Shown here: positions 14,351 through 31,015 of the stretch, in pieces
Layout of the letters: each line of letters opens with the position of its first letter
Position numbering within the stretch: the stretch's first letter is position 1
From: the human T2T-CHM13v2.0 reference genome, Homo sapiens
DNA: 64,000 bases
Reading direction: 5' to 3' (one strand)
Assembly: GCF_009914755.1 (NCBI RefSeq)
Contig: NC_060932.1
Made by a program: the position numbers and the translations under genes
Notes under the pieces: model-generated
What the model saw: only the letters and a program-made list of their open reading frames with translations
Told to the model about the DNA's origin: nothing
Databases searched by the model: none

Positions 14351-16639
14351 ACGATGGGACATATCAATCAAATCATTTTTCTCCATTTTGCTGCTTCAAG
14401 AATTGAGTCTCAGGGAAGTTGAGAAATTTTCAAAGATTGCATGTTGAATCTGTGATTGAAACCAAAACTCCCAACCTAGTTTTCTGGAGGAAATGAACAA
14501 GGTAAAACCACTGGTGTATGTGTGTGTGAATTCATTCCAGGCAGGAAGCTGGTATAACAACGTTCTTGCCACCAAGACCCTTCAGAATGGCTGTGCCAGC
14601 ATAATATGGGAGCCCATCTGTAAGAATGTCACGTGACCATGAAGATAGCAGCCAAAAGTGTTGGTTCTGCCCTCACGGAGTCTAATCACACTGCCGCATA
14701 CCTCCCAAATGGGCAATCTAGCCACTAACAGCATCTTACTCTCCTTCTCAATTCTGTATTATGGAAAGGGCAAGCTATTTCTTGGTACTTAAGGCCTAGT
14801 ATTTCAAATACGAGGTAACTATAGTTTCTAACACCCTGCAAGGAAGGCATTTCTAAAGCGGCTATCAAAAATACATATTCATTTAGTTTTTGAGAATGTA
14901 AAAGCAATACCTGACTTCTACCTGGGGGAATATCATTTTTCCAGCAGCAATTTGTTCATAAAAGAACAATATTTGTGCCAAGAACTCAAATGAAACAAAC
15001 GTCCTTCTTGATGGGAAGTGTCCACACTAATTCGGAGCTGTAAAATAAGAATTTCAAATTCACCTTTCTGTGATTTGGCATTTGCAACTTCGACATAATT
15101 TAATCATGTTGAGCCACAATGAAAGGACTCCGTGGATAGCGCTCCATGGTGAAATACCAGGCTGATGTTCTGAAATTTGCACTGTACCTTTCAAAGGTGC
15201 TTATCTCTGGAGTGTGCTGTAAGGCATCCTATCATCGTTCTTTCTTTGAAATGTCACTCTTGTTCTGTCAAAGGCTCCTGTCTGCGTGTCTGATGAGCTT
15301 TGCAAGTGCCTGACAGGAAATTGTCAGAAAAAAGCTATAAAGGGAGACACCTTTTGTCTCTAAGTGGAGAAGACAGTGATTTTTGGACAGCACAGATTGG
15401 CTGAACAAATGCTAGGCAAGTTCACCAGCTCTTTTGAAAGGCATAAAGATATTAGAGGGGTGAGCAATTTCTGAGTCCCACCACTCCCCTGCAATTCTCT
15501 GAACACCGCCTCCATCATGTGACTCCAGATAAGCTCTCTAGAGCTTCCTGTGACTTGGACAGCCTGATGTTTCCTCCAGAGTGCAAGTCTTTTCACTACG
15601 ATACACTTTTGTTTTATCTGGGTACTTATTATTTTTCTCTGGGGAAGATTCTCTTTTTGAAATAACGCAACTTAAAAGGTGTTTTCATCTGTCCATCATT
15701 CAGGGACATGTATAAAATTGCCATCCAGGAGATGATGCCATTTCTGGGTCTTATCAAATAATTGTGACTGGCATCTTTACAGAACACAGAGTGAAAGAGA
15801 GTGAGATTTCCTGCTTCCATATGTTCATGGGCCTACCAGTTTATTAGAGACATACTTTTGAGCTTTAGAAAGACAGTTAGTGAAGACTCTACAGAACAAA
15901 TGACCAAATGTCAGACAGCAGAGAATTGCTTGACATATCCATATCAACCTGAATATACGAACATGGTTAGTTTGGAGAGGCCATTGTGGGAAAATGAAAC
16001 AGGAAGATACACAAAAGAACTACAATCCATGTGGGAGGAGGGTGACCAAACAAAAAGAGTCATGGGAGAGCTGTTTCCTCACCCCTACCTTGTTGGACAA
16101 TGAAGAAGGTTAGGGGTTAACACCAGAAGATGTTTATGTTTAAATTACTGTTTTCTAAAGTTACACATGTGTATCCTATGTTTTAAGTTCTGACCTTACA
16201 AATCATTTTTATTATCTTTTTAAAATGACAAACTAAAAAATCTTGTTCTGGTATGGTTAAGAAGAAATTGGAAATACTTGGGTCAAAACTGACATAGCAA
16301 TCAAAATTCCAGCACCCAGAAGACATAGTTCAGGAAAATATCACCTCATAGACCCCTGCTAGAGCACAGACAGCCTGTCGGAGCGGGCTAATGTCACACA
16401 CAGCCGCTGAGCCACTACAGATCAGCCTCACCCAGGCCTGTGTGACCAAGTTAATTCAGCCTTTGAGTGCATGCAGGACATTCCTCACTGACTGGGTGCC
16501 AACTCTCTGTTTCCTTAGGTAATTCTGCCACATCTTCCTGGCCTCTAAAGGCTGAGGTGGTCAGGAATGTAGTCTTCAGATCTCTTCTCTATCTATACCA
16601 CTAAACAGGAGATTTGAGTCACCTTGTCAGTGAGATCAG

Positions 16640-16925
16640 ATCACAGGGTGGTTTTCTGATCAACCCATTTAAATCAATCCTCCCCAAAGTCCCTATCCCC
16701 TTACTCTGTGTATTATACTTCATAGCACTTTTTACAATCTGACATATTACTGATTAACCTGCTCGTTCATTGTTTATTCCTCACTGCCCATTAGAATGTA
16801 AGTTTCACCAGGACAGAGATACTTTTTGTTCATGGCTCTGTCTCCCACTCTGGAAATACTTAATGGATAGTCAATAAACATCTGTTGAATTAATGAACAA
16901 ACGATTAGATGAATAAATGAATAGA
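16640..16925 (+). mobile_element. L2a 3' end
   Basis: ttagaatgtaagtttcaccaggacagag...tcaataaacatctgttgaattaatgaa with a (GAAT)-like tail. Confidence 0.7.
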
Positions 16926-16949
16926 TGCTTGAAAATTGCAAAATTATTA

Positions 16950-17077
16950 TTATTATTATTAGAGATGAGATCTTACTATATTGCCCAGGCTGGATTCAAC
17001 CTCCTGGGTTCAAGCGATCCTCCTGCTTCAGCTTCCCCAGTAGCTGGGACTAGAGATGCACACCATCAGGCCTAGTT
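16950..17077 (-). mobile_element. FLAM (free left Alu monomer) with (AAT)n tail
   Basis: Single ~125-bp Alu monomer. TSD tt(g/a)caaaattatta at 16936-16949 and 17078-17091. Confidence 0.85.
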
Positions 17078-20000
17078 TTACAAAATTATTACCTTGGGAA
17101 ATGTACTCTAATTCAAAATCTTTACAGTCTCAACCATCATCCTCCTGTTGAAATACTTCTTAAGAAGTAGTGTGTTATCAGTATATCTTCTGTCTCATCT
17201 GGACGTGGAAGGACAATCACGGTAAGAAATTTCTCTTGGTTTAATATATTGATTTATTTTCTCTTAAGTAGAAAAATTCTTCCCCAAATTCACATCTCTT
17301 TTAGGAATTCCTATATCCATATTCTATATCAATTACCAAGTTATGACTTTCAAATGAGCAGAATCTGGAGGTCAAAAATTTTACTAGGGTGGAAGCTAGG
17401 GCAAGAAAAACAAGCTTCGTTTCCTGGAATTACTGACATTTCTTCTGGCAGAGGGTCATCTGACTAACCCGAAGGGCAAAGTGCAAAGCTGAGCTGAAGT
17501 TGCTAGCTTGCTAGGGCTGGCATTTCTCATTACTGCCTTATATTAGCTTAGCTACTTACCTTAGCTACTACCACTTTAGTTTTACGTATTTTAATTAGTT
17601 CTCTCTTTTCTGTTTCATTTACTTGTTTACTTATTTTTTTTTACTATAGCCCAAAAGTGGGTCAGGTAGAGGGAAAAAAAAATGAAAAGATAACAAATAG
17701 ATCATTTCAATCCAAATTAACCCTGTCCCGTATTAGTGTACGGAACCAGTCATGGAGGCATGGGATGGCTTAGTGCAACCACGTCACCTTAACTGATATC
17801 AAGTTCTCTAGATTTTATCAATTTGCCTAGTTTAGTCAAGAGGAACTTTTGTTATATTTGCTTTTATGGATGTATTATTCATTTTAATAAAGTTTAATGT
17901 TAAACATGAAGTTTTTTTGGTTATTTTAAAAATTAAAAATGCAGTATATTCTTACTATAATGAAGAAAAAGAATCCAAAAATGTAAAAAGAGAAAATAAA
18001 TGATCTCTCTCCACCCTTTGCATTTCTAGTATAACTCCTGACCCAATGGCCCACTTGTTATATGTCTTTATTTTTCTAAACTATATACTCTAAAAAGGAA
18101 ATTAATATGGTCTGCACAGTGTTCTCCTTTCCTGAATGTGGGAAAATGTGATTCTTCACTGTATATCAGAATACTGATCCCATTCATTTATTTAACAAAT
18201 AGTATTAAGCAGTTGCAATGTGTTCAAAACTATGATTAGAAGTTGAAGATACAAGTAGGATTTTCCGAATAAGGGAAGTTTGTCTTTATCTGTGTGGGGT
18301 AGTAGCATCACTGTGGTGAAAACAGAGGAGATAAAGAGACGTCTTGCAAGAACTGAAATTCCATCTTGATTGTAGAACACAAGATAGAAGAAAAACCCTT
18401 ACCTAGGATCCTAGGATTAAAAGTAATGTCTGAATTTCTCCACATCAGCAAGACTATTTGAATTCAAGACCTGTGGTGTGATTTTCCTGATAGTCAAAAG
18501 TAACTCCTGGCCTCAACCTTCACCCAACTCCTTTGAGGTATCTCAAAAATCCTCAGGAATAATATGCAACTGTGGCATTTTCAATTAAGTATAAATTACA
18601 CTGTCACTGATATCGAGGAATAGAACTCATATCAAAATCTAACCACTAAACAAGTATTTCTCTCTTGCATAGCACTGAAGAAGATGGATCATTTTCTTAG
18701 AATCCTCCACCATCACATAACGGGAGAAAGAGGGGCAGGGAATTTTCTCTATGTGTATTGCTGATGCTTCAATACATAAGTAGAACACAACAGTTGAGTC
18801 AATTTACATCTATACTTTTTCTTTCTACCTGTCCAAGAAAAGTGATTGTTTCTAGAAACTGATATCAGCTCTGACATACACAAAATAAGAGCTTGTTTGT
18901 CCTATCACGTGTGAGTCCAAGTTTAATCCCCAGGGTTAGTGTGGAAATCTAAGTCAAATATTTCAAGGGACCTTCAGATTGGGAATGGAGTCAGAAAGGA
19001 ATACAACACAAACATATTAAAGAGAGGCAATTAAATGCAAACAAACACTATTGCAGTTTCCTCCTAAGACAATATAATTAGATTGCCAAGTAGATTGCTT
19101 TTGGATTACTTGGATTAAGCGTTGCATTCTTGAAAGGTAAGTGACTTCCTGGCATTTGATTTCCTTGGAAACCACAAGTTTCTGCAGTTATATGCTATGC
19201 AGATTTTCTCACATGCTTTGGGCATTTTTCTACTGAGCTTTTGTTTCTAAGATTGGATATCACAGCAGTCGAAAATGGGACATTGAAAGAAGATCAAGGA
19301 TTAAAGTCAAAAGAGTTCTGGCTAATTTGAAAACCCTGGACAAGCAGTAGAATTATTGCAACCTCGAAATACACACACTGAGCCCTATAATTGAGCAGTG
19401 TGAACAATCATTCCTGCTCATAAAGTGGTTTGAAGTAGTAGTAACCTGTACAGCTATACCAAACAGTCCCTGCAATAGTTAACACAAGACCTTTCTTTTG
19501 TTCTAATTTTTGGCCCATGAGACCTTGAGAAATAACCTTTATTTACCATGTTGTTAGCTTCACACTGAGTTAAAAGTCACCTCCCAGGAGGAACAGTCCT
19601 GAGATTTCACCTGTATCTTATTAATAAAGTTTCCCATTTACAGAGATAAATTCAGGTACCTAAATAAGAAACCATGCTGCATAAACAATAAGGGATGAAG
19701 GAAGGCCAAGAAATTAAAAGTGACAGAGATCTATTAAACAAACAAACAAGCAAAAAACCCCACCAAAATTTGTGACCATTGACTGACTTCTTGGCTGAAC
19801 AGGCAGCACTGACTGCCCAATTACAGCATGTAGTCGATGGAGTTACAGATAACCTGCCAAATACATGGACTTACAGCTATACCCTGGGTGCAGACATCTT
19901 GACTTAATTGCTTTGATTTAAATGAGAAGTATTCTTTTATAATTCTGAGTCTTCCTGGACTGATTTTTGTAGCTGGCATACCTTGAGAGAGAAAGCAGTC

Positions 20001-20533
20001 TCTCTTCTTAACAGGCTGGTCCTTAACAAAATTATGACATGAGGAAGTTGAAATTGCATTCTACTATCAATTCTCTCATAAATTGGCCACAAGTCACAGG
20101 CACCCATAGCTTTCTTTGTAAGAGGCAAGGTAAGTCTGGCGAACGAAAACAAAGCCTTGAGATTTGAACAGACTGGCTCACGATCCTGAACCTCCAATAC
20201 CAGCTTCCTCCTCTGCATTCTGTTTCGACAGGACCATGTTCACTAAGTGAACTTGACTAATTGGTTCAGTGGACTCTAATCAATTTTAACGTGAATGTAG
20301 AAAACCTAATGGTATATTGGCTGTTTTATTAGATGCTTTCTGGAAGTTTGCCTTAATCTCAGTATGGTATTTTCTGAAGTGTACTAAAACAACTGGATTA
20401 ATGGGGGATATATTTGGAAGAAGAGGGCTTTGTTTTGTCACCTACTTCTGGTCATCAGAATAGGAAGCTGTGAGCTGTCTGAGGAAGGTTCAGGATTGCA
20501 CCTGTCAAAATAACTTAATGTAGGGCCTTATAC

Positions 20534-20790
20534 CAGGGATGAGCAACATTTTTCCGTAAAGGGGCAGATAGTAAATATTTTAGGCTTTGCGGGCCATGTG
20601 GTCACTCTTGCAACTACTCAACTCTGCCGTTGTAATGGGAAAGCAGCCATAGACAATATATAAGAAATAGGACTGGTTTGTTCCAATAAAAGGTTTGGTT
20701 TTGTTTTGCTTTATTTTGTTTTTTGTTTGTTTGTTTTTACAGAAATAGTGGTCCAGATTTGGCTCAGAGGCTATAGTTTGCCCACCCCTG
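20534..20790 (+). mobile_element. MER58A hAT-Charlie MITE
   Basis: TIR-like ends caggga...cccctg, internal gatagtaaatattttaggctttgcgggcca, and 8-bp TSD ccttatac/ctttatac (20526-20533 and 20791-20798). Confidence 0.88.
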
Positions 20791-20901
20791 CTTTATACAA
20801 CTGGAAGAAAGATGTCAATTACCTACCTGCCCCGAGTGAGTGAGTCCACATCCAGAAATATGGGAGAAAATGGCAAAATCGTTCTTCTTAACAGAAGAGA
20901 C

Positions 20902-20975
20902 GTGTGTGTGTGTACACACACACACATAAATACATACACATTTATATGCATATATACATACATTATATATGCATA
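20902..20975. repeat. (GT)6(AC)6 palindromic microsatellite followed by TA/CA-rich low complexity
   Basis: Read directly. Confidence 0.85.
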
Positions 20976-21040
20976 ACACTTACTATATGAAACTGATAAA
21001 TCTTTATTTACAAGACTCATTAAATCAGAGTCATTTCATC

Positions 21041-21562
21041 TATAGTGGACTTGTGCTGTGTCAATTTAGCTAAGCACGAGATTTAGAAAAAGGCAGACTT
21101 GAAGCAACAACCAACTTTTTATTACACTCTCAAGGTTGATGCAGGGCACTGGGTGCTTTTGCAGCTCATGCTTACTGCTGCTTAATCTTATTGGTGTGAA
21201 GCAGCAGCTGGGCCCTCAACTCCTCTAGCTCCTGCCAGACCTGCTCCTCAAATTGTTCCAAATCCTGGCCAGGTTCATGTGCAGCTCATGGTAGAAGGAC
21301 AGCAGTCTCTTCTGTAGCAGGTCACTCACAATAAAGAAGTTGGGACCTGGAGGTGGTGAGAGGCAGATGCAGATTCCAGCACAGCTTCTGAGTGCTTCCC
21401 CTACTTGCCATCCATCACTTTCCTGACTCCCAGCCCTGCTGACTTCAGGTCCTGCATAGATGCAGAAGTAATTGCCTTACATGGACTGTTTATATAATGA
21501 GTGCCCTATTCTACATAAGCCATCATAATTTTACTTTTCTGATGAAAACCTAATGGACATAT
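21041..21562 (+). mobile_element. Old ERVL-type LTR (LTR40/41-like, uncertain)
   Basis: The start tatagtggacttgtgctgtgtcaatttagctaagc and end ttctgatgaaaacctaatggacata resemble ERVL LTR termini. Highly diverged. Confidence 0.4.
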
Positions 21563-22817
21563 CATGCCAACCTAAATAATTTTCCATTCAAAGAAAGGAG
21601 ATCCAATAATTAATAATTGTAAGTACTAGGTTTTAAAATATTATCATAATAGTGATGCTAATTTCTCTTTTGAAAGTCACACTATTCCCTTCAACCCTGA
21701 GATTATGTAAATGCTGTGGATTCTATAATGATAGTGATGTGTTTGTTCACAGGGCATGGATGCTGATTTATTTTCTCCTCCTCTAGGATCAATGATACAC
21801 ATTAGAGAGGTGGCTGGTAGGGGACCAGTGTGGCAGCCTCTTGTCCCCAGACTAAGCAAAACCATCTGGCCCTCGGAGGAATTGAACCCATATTATCAAC
21901 CTCAATTAGCACCATGTTTTACTCAATTGAAGAAATAAAAGTTGCAATTAATTCAACTGTCCTCGTCTTAGTCATTATCAATTGCAATATTCTATCCTTA
22001 TTTAGCTTCTAAAACCCAAAAGTTCATGCTCCCGGACAAAGTACATGGGAAAGTATGATATGCCAGCATTGTCACTATTACAACTTGAATGACTGCAGGA
22101 GATTGTATTTTTAAACTGCCTCATCATAGCCCTATCCTCAAATGTATGCCAGGACTTCCAGAGAAGCAAAGTCACATGGCTGTTTATTCAATGAGAATTC
22201 ATGTTTATCATCTCTCATCCCAATCCTACTTCCCCTACACTATTCTCCTGCTTGGCTCCTTGGAAAAGGAAACTGTCCTCCCTTCAGTTACATTTTTGTC
22301 ATGTTCAATGAGTTAATTTTGTTGGCTCAGTTATATATTTTAGTATAAATTAAATTCAAGTTTCCTTTATTTGAGTCTTTGGGCCAGTTGCATTGCTTTA
22401 TACTTTCTGGTGTTCTCAATTTCAACTTTGCTAGCATTTAGAAGGCAAAGGCACTGTCTAGCAGAAGTAATAATCCTTTTAACTACCTAATTGCTTCTGT
22501 TGGTTACCGCCGTTTGTCTTCTAGACTCAAGGCATTGACTCTAGATGACTTCCAACAAGCAGCCAACACATCTGCCTCTTGATAGATCAGCTCATTTATG
22601 TTTGTTTCTACTGTCTTATAGACAATCTCAGATAAAAACTGGATCTTAATGGACAAAGGTAACAGTAGAAAGATTGTTTGCTTTTTCTAAAGTTTCTTTT
22701 TCCATTTTAGCTCATGTAATGCTATGTGTCTCTATTAGAACCAGCAATTCTTTTAGTTGGAACTTTGGTAAGATTCATTTACAGGTGTCTAGAAAGTGTG
22801 TGGCATAATGTGGTTTA

Positions 22818-23535
<718 letters not shown>

Positions 23536-24706
23536 TAATTTTCTATTATTTCTATTATTTTGACTCTACACAGCAGAATGCAGCTCCTCCCTATCCAGGA
23601 CAGCAAAATCACAACAGAAAAAAAACGGCCAGGTCCATCTGAACACTGCTTGCTCTCTTTAAAAAGCTGAGGCAGCATACAGTCATCCTTCTTGTTTTCA
23701 CATCTTGAATCACGGCAATCACATGTTTGATGTTAATTCCTTCACCAGATACTGAAGGATGAGGCTCCTAAAACTTCCTGGCACCAAGGCCTTTGGCCAA
23801 TAAGACCCTTCAATACCAGCCATTGTTTTTGGGATGCAGTAGTGATGATGGATTTCTGGTGTAAAGATGACAGAATAAAGAGGTTTTTGCCTTCCTCTTC
23901 TCAGAAATAACTCTCAAACAAAAAGGAAAAGGAGAACAGAAATTCCACATTTGCTATAAATTAGTTGATTTCCATATATTATGAAGGATGAGCAAAGACT
24001 GGAAAGATCACATGGATATGTGGGAAGAGGTCAAGATACTTGTGGCTGCAGAACAGAAAAAAGGCTGTAGTGCTCTGTATCCCAAACTAGGTAGCCTATG
24101 AGAAGACGCAAGCCCAACAATCCTATTTTGGAATAAAATTAGCTCAATATAGAAGCTACTCTCTTTACCTTGGCACTAGAAAAGTGGGGGAGGTGGGATT
24201 CACAAACAAGTGGTGTTTTCAGAAAGTGGTATTCAGATAAGCTGCAGTAGAAAAAACAAAATATAAATTTGGAGCAGTAGTACAGTTGCTGCTAGGACGG
24301 GACAAGCAAAGTTAAGCATTTTGCCCATAAAATCCTGTCATTAACGACTTCATTTGAAATCAAGGAAAATTGTTACTGTCTCAGAATAGGGGCCAAACCC
24401 CTCCATACTTGAAATAGTTAAGCTAGGAAGATGACAACTCATTCAAACATAAAATAGTTGAGAACACAAATCTGACAAATAATTATGCAAAACAAATCTA
24501 AGCCATGCAGTGCAATAGTTTAAAGGAAAAAAAGGAAATAAATAAGCATAAAATAAAATATGATGACAATGTGGAAACTAAAATAGTTTTTAATAAGAGT
24601 CCAAAGTCAGAGAAAAATAAATGTCAATAACAGATACTTGTGTTGCCACAGAGCTGAAAAAAAGCATTACAACTCATAGCCATCAAGTCAAAAAAGTTAT
24701 GAGATA

Positions 24707-25121
24707 CAGCTGACTCTTGAACAACACAGGTTTGAACTGTGCAAGTCTAGTAACTTGAGAATTTTCTTCTGCTTCTGCTGCCTCTGAAACTGCAAGACCA
24801 ACCCCTCCTCTTTCTCCTCCTCCTCAACCTACTCAACGTGAAGATGATGAGGATAAAGACTTTTGTAATGATTCACTTCCACTTAATAAAAAGTAAATAT
24901 ATTTTCTTAATAACATTTTCTTTTTTCTAGCTTACTTTATCATAATATAATATATAATACATATACAAAATATGTGTTGATCAACTATGTTATCAGTAAG
25001 GCTTCTGTTCAACAGTAGACTATTAGTAGTTAAGTTTTGGGGGAGTCAAAAGTCATATTCATATTTTTGACCATGTGGGGAGTCAGCACTCCTAACCCCT
25101 GCATTGTTCAACCATCAACTA
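24707..25121. mobile_element. Tigger2a (MER28) TcMar DNA transposon relic
   Basis: TIRs cagctgactcttgaacaacacagg / cctgcattgttcaaccatcaacta, flanked by TA at 24705-24706 and 25122-25123. Confidence 0.88.
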
Positions 25122-25641
25122 TATTAACATTTTAAAACTAACTGCCGAAAGCAGAAATACCAGTGTTGAGAGAAATTTTATGAAAAAGACATTTAAAGGA
25201 GAAAAATGAGTTGGTTTAGCTTAGAAAAAAAAAAAAAAAACAGAAGAAAATATAAAACTGTTATGGGAATGAGCTTCCCTTTGGAAACTGGAGAAGAGAT
25301 ACTTGTAGAAATGCAACAAAATACTTGGTGAACAAAACCGAACAAATCAAAATGGGCAGAATTTAAAAGGACTAGAGAAAATAAACTTGGAAGATGAAGT
25401 CTATTCAGTATGAGCAATATTAGTGTCCCTCAAAATACAAGTGTATAATGGACCAGAAAAAAGATTCAGTTATAATTTAAGAAAATGTTTCAGTCATAAC
25501 CACAACAACAATTTATTGAGCACCTCCTATATACCAGGTAGCTCTATACACAGGGATACAACAGTGTAGAAGACAAAAGAAGCCCCATCACCACTGAGCC
25601 TGCAGTCAAAAAAAAGACTGGATGATGGGCATATTATGTTA

Positions 25642-26025
<384 letters not shown>

Positions 26026-27754
26026 AGAACACTGTGTTTTGAGTATGCAGGCAAAAAGATTTTTACCTAAAAGAAGAAACAAAATCACCCAGGCCTAAAC
26101 ACAAAAATATAAAATGAAACAATGCCTGCTAACTCCTCAAAGAAATAAAATGTGAATTGAGAACATTATGCTCAATCACACAAAAAAAAACTTTAATAAG
26201 CAAGAATTAGGGATGTAGCTGAAACAGCAATGGGAATAGTGGCCAAAGAACAGAATGTAAAAGTGATATACAATAAATGCATACAAATAAAATAACTAAT
26301 AAAACTTGGAAAGGAAAGTGGTGACAAATGGAAGGAATTATAAATATGGCAAGCAAAATACGTAAGTTAAAATTGATAAATCAAGTAACAGATGTAAAAT
26401 TGTATTTAAAGACAAAAATGTAATTGTTAGAAAAAAACTAAGAAAAATCAATTATGTGGTAGAGGGAAGAAAGGAGGGAGTGGTAGAGATGGAAATATAT
26501 TAATTCGGTATTTGTTTATAATAGGCATACTAATACTTTATAAAGAAATAGCTGAATATTCTAGATGTTTACACTAAAATCATGTAAAAATCACAAAACT
26601 AGCTTTCCAAGTTAACCTAGGAAGTGTGTGCACGTGCACGCATGCACACACACACACATACACAATTAAGAAAGCCAATTTGAACCATACAAAGAAATAT
26701 GTATGGTACATAAAAAGAAAAAAGCTAAGTGAAAATGCATAAAATAAAATATAATAACACAACAAAATCCAACTATGTATTCTAGCACTGTACACAAATT
26801 AAGTAAGATCACCTAATTAAAAGTTAAAAGCTCTGAGATCTGGTCTCTGATCACAAAGCAATACCTAACTATATGTTGCATACAACAGATATACCTAAAA
26901 CAAAATAACTTAGAAAATCTAAAAAAGGTAAAAGAGCTAGCAATGGCATGCCAAAAAATGCAATAAAAGTAAAGCAAATTATAGATTATTTCTATTAGAA
27001 AAGTGAATCCAGGAATAAAAGCATTAAATAAAACAAATAAAGGTACTTAATAAATGGAAGAGTCAACACTGAACATAAACAGTGATAACTACTAACAAAA
27101 AAAAACATAGAAAAAGAGCTCATAAAGAATAAAAATTATATTAAATATTTTTGTAAAATAAGTAGGTGGAAACATGCTAGTCACAGGAGATTTTAGTTCA
27201 CAGTATAACTTTAAAACAGAAATAAACCTCCTTTTCAATCACATAATATGACTATATATGAGACCTCAAAGAAAACCACAATAAAGCCTTCTGTTTAGAA
27301 ATACCACAAATAATATTTTTTGACAACAGCATTCTAAAACTAGAAATTAATATTTAAACTGGAAGATGAAATGACCCTTCCAACTGGAAAATGTAATAAT
27401 CATGCTTAAATAAACTTTTGAGTTAAATTGGAAATCATGAGGGAAATTTCAGAATGCCTAGAAATAATGATACTGAAAATTCCGCATGGCAAAACCTTTT
27501 ACAGAGTTTTCCAGAAAAGAATTATGTAGAAGAGGAAGAAGGATTCAAAGGACAGAAGGGGAGGGAACACTTCTTAACTCACTTTTATGAGTCTAGTATT
27601 ACTGTGATATCAAAAAATCAAAAATAAACAGCACACAAAAAGAAAACTATACACAAATATTTTTCATGAACCTACACAAAATTAATAATAACAAAATTAA
27701 TTAATATTAACAAAATATTAGCAAACCAAACCCAACAATGTATAAAAACAACTA

Positions 27755-28058
<304 letters not shown>

Positions 28059-29269
28059 ATTAAACAAAATAACAACAACTAAACACCATCATGAAGTGGG
28101 ATGTATTCCAGATAAGACCAGTTAAGCATCAGAAAATCAATCAATGTAATCCACTAAAGAAGACATCCACAAAAGATGAAACATCATATGATCTTATCAA
28201 CTGACACAGTAAAAGCATTTGAAAAAAAAAAGTCAACACTTACTCTTGATAAAAACCATTAACAAGTTAGGAATAGAGAGGAACTACCTCAACTTGAGCA
28301 TCTACAAAAACCTTACAGCTAACATTATGCTTAATGTGAAACACTGACAGCTTTCATCAGGAGCAAAGCAAGATGTCTGCTGTTACTGCTGTCTTTCAAC
28401 ACAATACTGGGAGTTTTACTTGCAGCAAATTGGTCAAGAAAAAAATAAATGACATGAAGATTGGAAAGAAAGAAATAAAACAGTCCCTATTGCCAGGTGA
28501 CAGTATTAACTATATAGAAAGCCTCAAAGATTCTACAAAAATCTCCTAGAAATAATAACTGAGTTCAGGTAGATCACAGTACACAAAATCAATATATAAA
28601 AATCAATCATGTGTCTATACACTAACAATTCACGTGTGGAGACCAAAATTAAAATCATAATTTCATTTATAATCATGCCAAAAGAAATGAAATCACTCAT
28701 GTATATACCAAGAAAAATAGGTACAAGATCTGTATGCTGGAAGTTATGAAATACTGATGAAAGAAATCAAAGGTGACCTAAAAAAAAGTGGAGACACATA
28801 CCATTTTCACAACTTAGAAGATTCGACAGAGGAAATTCTCCCAAAGTGATCTACAGGTTTAATACAATTTATATCAAAGTCCCAGCAAGCTTTTTTGTAG
28901 ACATAGACCATATTATTCTTAAGTTTTTATGGAAACGCACAGGCCCTAGAACAGCTAAATAATCTTGACAAAGGAGAATAAAGTGGGAGGAACCACTCTA
29001 CCCTATATTAAGGTCATCTAGACAGCATGGTGTTGGTGGAAGAATAGATCAATGTAACAGAACAGAGAACTTGGGAATACACCCACATACATATGCTCAA
29101 GTGATTTTTGACAAAGGTGCAAAAGCACTTCAATGAATAGTCTTAACAAAATGGTTCTGGAGCAAATTGGACTACCACAGGTAAAAAATGGAACTTTGCC
29201 CTGAACCTGACACCTCACACAAAAATTAACCCACAATGGATCATGGACCTAAATGTAAAATGTAAAACC

Positions 29270-29300
<31 letters not shown>

Positions 29301-29986
29301 GGAAGAAAACAGTGAGAGAAAGAAAATCTTCAGGATCCAGGGATAGGCAGAGTTCTTATATTGACAACAAAAACACAGTCCATTAAAGGGAAAAAATGAT
29401 TAACTGGATCTCATCAACATTAAACTTCTGCCTTGTGAAAGCCCATGTGAAGAGAATCAGATGACTAGGATTAAATATTTGTAAGCCACATGCCTGACAA
29501 AGGACCATTATAGAACAAATAATCCAATCAGGAAATGGGCAAATGACATGAAGAGACATCTCATTAAAGAGGAAATGCCAATGACAAGCATATGGAAAGA
29601 TGTTCAGTGTGATTAACCAATTAAATAAATGTAAGTTAAAATAATATTAAATGCAAATATAAATGTAAACTAATGAACATGAAAACGACAATGAGATATC
29701 ACTGCATCCCTATCAATCAGAATGACTAAAATAAAAAAAAAAACATGCTAAATGCTGGTGAAGTGCAGAGAAATGGATCACTCATACATTGCTAGAGGGA
29801 ATGTAAAATGGCATAGCCACTCTGGAAAACAATTTGGCAGTTTCTTAAAATATTAAACATGCAACCTACTATATTACTCAACAATTCCATACCTAGACAT
29901 TTCTTCCAAATGAATGAAACTTTTATTCACACAAAAACCCAGCAGCCAGCCAAATCAAGAGGGCCCCTACCATGCAATTGGCCTGA

Positions 29987-30322
<336 letters not shown>

Positions 30323-30609
30323 ACTGGATACCTTTTTTTAAGCAAACAAATGGAAACAACCTAAATGTCCATATATATCTATGGAGAGAAGCTAAAAATA
30401 GATTACTACTGTACATTGACTTAAATAATTGAACTAAAATAGTTTTGCATATCCCAAGTTATAATTCAAAATATATAATCCAGAAAAAAGATTAAAAGCC
30501 ATTTATATATCATGCTACGTATGTGTTAAATCATACAACCTATACAAATCATATATTTGTGCGTATATTACACGGATACACTACGAATATACATATACTT
30601 TTGTATATA

Positions 30610-31015
30610 CAGTCTCTGACTTATGATGGTTCAACTTGTGATGATCTTTTGACTTTATAATGGTGCAAAAATGATATACACATTCAGTAGAAATCATACT
30701 TCAAATTTCAAATGTTGATCTGTTCTGGGCTAGCGATACTCTCTCACGGCACTGCACAGCAGCAGCGAGCCGCAACTCTGAGTCAGCCAAGCCATCACAA
30801 GGGTAAACAACTGGTATTCGACAGTTTTCAGTGTTGCCAAATGATTTTCCCCAACCGTAGGTTAACGAAAGTGTTCTGAGCATGTTTAGGGTAGGCAAGG
30901 CTACACTATGATGTTCAGTAGGTCAGGTGTATTAAATGTATTTCAACCCCAAATCTTTTCAATTTACATGATGGGTTTGCCAGATGTAAGTGCATCATAA
31001 GTCAAGGGGCATTTG
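30610..31015. mobile_element. MER47B-like Tigger MITE
   Basis: Termini cagtctctgacttatgatg / catcataagtcaaggggcatttg are imperfect inverted repeats with TA flanks. Internal gtgttctgagcatgtttagggtaggc. Confidence 0.8.

Noticed and set aside
20902-20925. Perfect 24-bp palindrome (GT)6(AC)6
   Set aside because: A common microsatellite juxtaposition with no evidence of function.
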